A stretch of DNA of 63,878 bases, filler included, from Porpidia crustulata (Eukaryota): assembly GCA_964255105.1 (NCBI GenBank). It is 3 parts of 3 records of this genome, joined end to end, with 100 filler letters (N's around TTAATTAATTAA, not from the genome) between each part and the next. Parts side by side here need not be neighbours in the genome. Positions count along the whole stretch, not along the records: positions 43,346 to 63,878 come from CAXUWE010000113.1; 2 more parts are not named here. One strand, given 5' to 3'. This document shows positions 60,786 to 63,878 of the stretch, in pieces. Position 1 is the stretch's first letter. Every line of letters begins with the position of its first letter. Under the pieces are notes generated by a model. That model ran no database searches and was not told where the DNA came from. It saw only the letters and a program-made list of their open reading frames with translations. Made by a program: the position numbers and the translations under genes.

Positions 60786-62387
60786 ATGCTGGATCTAGCT
60801 CCAGCGCAGCCGGAAGATGTGCTAAAGCAATTTCGCAAGCAGTGTATATACTCCATCCAGTCAGGGGATTATGCCCCTTTCGTGTGGCCATATAGAGCCT
60901 TTGGTCCCTATTTACTAATCCTTTATCTGCTAATCCCACCTAAATACTCGATCTTCATCAACTGGATACGATATCCTATATTTGCTATTATTGTATATTT
61001 GTCTGTTTCTAGTATTCAAGAATGCAGAAGTTCCGCAGTGACCATAGCCTATGGAATTGGCCTGCTGAATGCATGGGCAATTCTGTGGTCTGCGTCTTTA
61101 ATCATCTTCAATGATGCGCGTAAAAATTTCAAAAGAATAGAAAGACGATCTCAAGACACTTGCTTGAGCACAAAGGAAACTGACGGATTTGCCTCCAATC
61201 TCAAAACTTCTGACACAATAGGACTACAAGCTCGTAGTCCATTTGGAAATTCAGCGAATAAAAATCTTGATAAACCATCTACAAAGAGGCAGGTCTACAA
61301 AGGAAGGTCGCCAAAGTCCCATCAAAACTCAGTATCAAGAAACAGCTCGGACGTCTTCAAGTGGCAACAGCTACCTCAGGGATTGCTTCATCGCCTTAAT
61401 TGGGCCACTGACCTTGTTACAAATTTTCGAGGCGTCGGTTGGGCTCACCAGATACCTGGTACACTGCCTCCACCCCCTCAAATCCAAGCTTCCCTTCACC
61501 ATCTGGATGAACCTCCCAAGAGCCATCACACCTACCCTTCGCGTGAATCTTTGCTGAGATCTAATCTACCAACATTCCTCCTCTGTTGCATAATTCTCGA
61601 TATTCTAAAAGCACTAACGTCTCGAGATCCTTACTTTTGGTCCTTACCTTCGTCGACCCCGTCACCTTTTCCATATCCACGGGTATCCCGCCTTGTTTTG
61701 TCGCTTATCTTCACATACACATCACTTCTCAACATATTCGTTCTTGCACCACTAGGCTTCGCGTGTCTTCTCGGTCCCAAAATCCTTGGCGAGCACGCTT
61801 CTCCATGGCTTTACTCGCCATACTTTGGAAACCCGGTGCAAATATGGAAGAAAGGATTGGCTGGTTTCTGGGGACAGTGGTGGCATCAGCTGTTCCGGTA
61901 TGCCTTTGAGGCGACTGGAGATTTTGTTGGTGGCGATTTGCTGGGCTTGGAGAAGAAAAGCCAGCTCGGAAGCCTTGTCAGAGTCGTCTGCGCATTTCTT
62001 TGTAGTGCTTTCTTGCATACGTGTGCCTCTTACACGACACTTGGTGATACAAAGCCAATACAAGGCTCATTCGCATTCTTCGCAGTACAGCCGATAGGCA
62101 TCGTTACGCAAAGAACCCTAACCGCATGGATGAGAAAGCGTGGCTTAAGGGACAAGATCCCGGCATGGGTGAGAGGATTAGGGAATGTTTTGGTGTTCAT
62201 GGGCTGGTGCTGGCTTACGGGACCTCTGGTCGCGGATGACTTTGCTGCTGGGGGTATTTGGTTGTACGAACCGCTACCAGTGAGCTTTGTAAGGGGCATG
62301 ATGGGAGAGGGTTGGTGGCGCTGGGGAGGTGAATGGGTACGGTGGCATTCTGGGGACAAATGGTGGCAGAGTGGCCTAGCTTTTTAG
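60786..62387 (+). CDS. Wax-synthase-like membrane-bound O-acyltransferase (MBOAT_2)
   Basis: Multi-TM ORF with NFRGVGW, PYFG......GLAGFWGQWWHQLFR, AFLCSAFLH and FFAVQPIGI. Confidence 0.85.
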   Translation: MLDLAPAQPEDVLKQFRKQCIYSIQSGDYAPFVWPYRAFGPYLLILYLLIPPKYSIFINWIRYPIFAIIVYLSVSSIQECRSSAVTIAYGIGLLNAWAILWSASLIIFNDARKNFKRIERRSQDTCLSTKETDGFASNLKTSDTIGLQARSPFGNSANKNLDKPSTKRQVYKGRSPKSHQNSVSRNSSDVFKWQQLPQGLLHRLNWATDLVTNFRGVGWAHQIPGTLPPPPQIQASLHHLDEPPKSHHTYPSRESLLRSNLPTFLLCCIILDILKALTSRDPYFWSLPSSTPSPFPYPRVSRLVLSLIFTYTSLLNIFVLAPLGFACLLGPKILGEHASPWLYSPYFGNPVQIWKKGLAGFWGQWWHQLFRYAFEATGDFVGGDLLGLEKKSQLGSLVRVVCAFLCSAFLHTCASYTTLGDTKPIQGSFAFFAVQPIGIVTQRTLTAWMRKRGLRDKIPAWVRGLGNVLVFMGWCWLTGPLVADDFAAGGIWLYEPLPVSFVRGMMGEGWWRWGGEWVRWHSGDKWWQSGLAF

Positions 62388-62640
62388 GCTGTCCCATATC
62401 AAGAAAGACTTGAAAGTACATAGAAGGGATAAGACAGGATATATGTATAGCTCAATGTAGAGTATGGAAAGCAGCGAGGACTAAGGCTCTATTGAATAAC
62501 ACCTCAAGCATGTACTTAAGAAATGAACCTTTTAATCATCCCATTCGCTGCAGTCAGTCACATGATCTCTCGTTTAGGGTTCCCGTTATCGTGCTTGAAT
62601 ATAATTATAATTGTTTTACTAAGTGTAAATATCGCCCAGT

Positions 62641-63878
62641 ATGCCAGGTGATAAACGCAAAAGAAGCTCTGAAGACAACGACGAACGATCTCATAGCAAA
62701 AAGGCAAGAGCACACACCACCGATATCATCAATGTGTCTATCCTACCAGATACCGATGAGTGGACACCAATATTAGGTAGGTATTGATCGTCGTTCTGCC
62801 TCACCACGAGTCTCAGGCCTGTCACATCTGCGGGATTTTACAATTGCTTGTTCAGGGTTTACTGATTACGTCCAGCGTCTGCACCCGGTCTTTCATTCCC
62901 CTCCAACACCCCCCTCGAACCCTACACGAAGCCTCGTCAAAAAACCACAGCACGGGCGCATGGTGCAGGTCGATCAGCATTATCAGCTACGGAGGTCTTG
63001 CTACATAGCTCTGCACACCCGCAGCTCGATTACGAGGCGCGAGAAGAAGAGGCGAATGGGGCGGAACCATTGTTAAAGCACTATGTTGGTGTCTATGATC
63101 CTGAAAATGGGAAGCTACAGTTGGTACAAGTGCGCAAAGTTGCAATACGCGCAACTCCACGCTCTTCGAAAGTTGACCGGGTGGTTGCTGATACAGGGGA
63201 CGAACCGCCCACAGTATGCTGAGTCCCTCTCATTCAACACAAGCCTCCACTGATACACTTGTTTGCCAGAATCTCTCCGCCCGCTCAACTCTCGGTCTGA
63301 CCTTTGGCACCAAAAAATCCCAAAAGGCTATCCGGTCCCGCACCGAAAATGCTATCCAAGCCTCTCCCTCCAAATCCTCCCAAGCCTCCTCAGGCAACCC
63401 GGCACTGGATCCCCTCGCCTCTGCAGTCGTAGAAACAATGGCTGCTTCAACAGAATCAATGCCGACCCGCGAAGAAATGCAGAAAGTAGTCGATGAAGGT
63501 AAGCCCCGGCCGACGCCCAATCTGGATGCCAAAACGCCGGCAGACGTCTATCCGCTCGAGGGCCTTGTGGGCCTGGAGAATTTGAGGATGCTGGCGGTAA
63601 AAGAGTGGCAGGATAAAGTAGAAAGCGGCGAAGATATAGTGACGAAGAGCCGGTTTGTGAGCGGCAGGGTACGGCGCATAGTACAGCTCGGGGACGTGAA
63701 AAAGTTGAAGACACTGAGATACCTGTTACTACTCCTGGACTGGTACCGAAGCCTAAAACCAGGCTCGAAAGGCGCGAAAAAAGTCCCCAAAAAAGAAGAA
63801 CTAAGAGCCTCAATCCCAGGCACAAGCTCCGAACTCCTCAATGGCGTCGAAAAGCGATTCGCAGAAGCGCAGTAAGCC
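62641..63878 (+). CDS. RPA49: RNA polymerase I subunit A49 (RPA49/PAF53-like), 5' part; runs off the window
   Basis: MPGDKRKR...WTPIL, an intron, ASAPGL...LLHSSAHPQLDYEARE...LKHYVGVYDP..GKLQLV, an intron, NLSARSTLGLTFGTKKSQKAI...PNLDAKTPADVYP. Confidence 0.85.

Overview
Filamentous ascomycete (Pezizomycotina-type) genomic DNA. It is made of three pieces joined by artificial 100-bp N44-TTAATTAATTAA-N44 spacers (21621-21720, 43246-43345), plus a 10-N gap at 17121-17130. Piece 1 carries a decaying PKS-NRPS hybrid cluster (small membrane protein, Diels-Alderase-like gene, pseudogenised KS-AT-DH-cMT-KR-ACP-C-A-T-R megasynthase) and a 966-aa hypothetical gene. Piece 2 has tRNA-Lys(TTT), a HeLo/SesA-like N-terminal + ubiquitin-like protein, a secreted metallo-beta-lactamase-fold protein, a CE16/GDSL esterase, an INP1-like gene, several remnants (ankyrin, HET, PD-(D/E)XK nuclease, MFS) and a ~670-bp foldback element. 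Piece 3 has a degraded accessory region with an SNF2-type helicase fragment, two tandem genes sharing an unnamed ~75-aa domain, an MBOAT acyltransferase and RPA49. The most unusual signal is a family of five short (68 to ~150 bp) elements bounded by TA. Each carries a telomeric TAGGGTTAGG(G) core and a fixed-spacing bipartite end motif (TACTCG-N5-ACCCCTCA) despite otherwise divergent sequence. They occur in all three pieces; one spans the assembly gap and one interrupts a reading frame.
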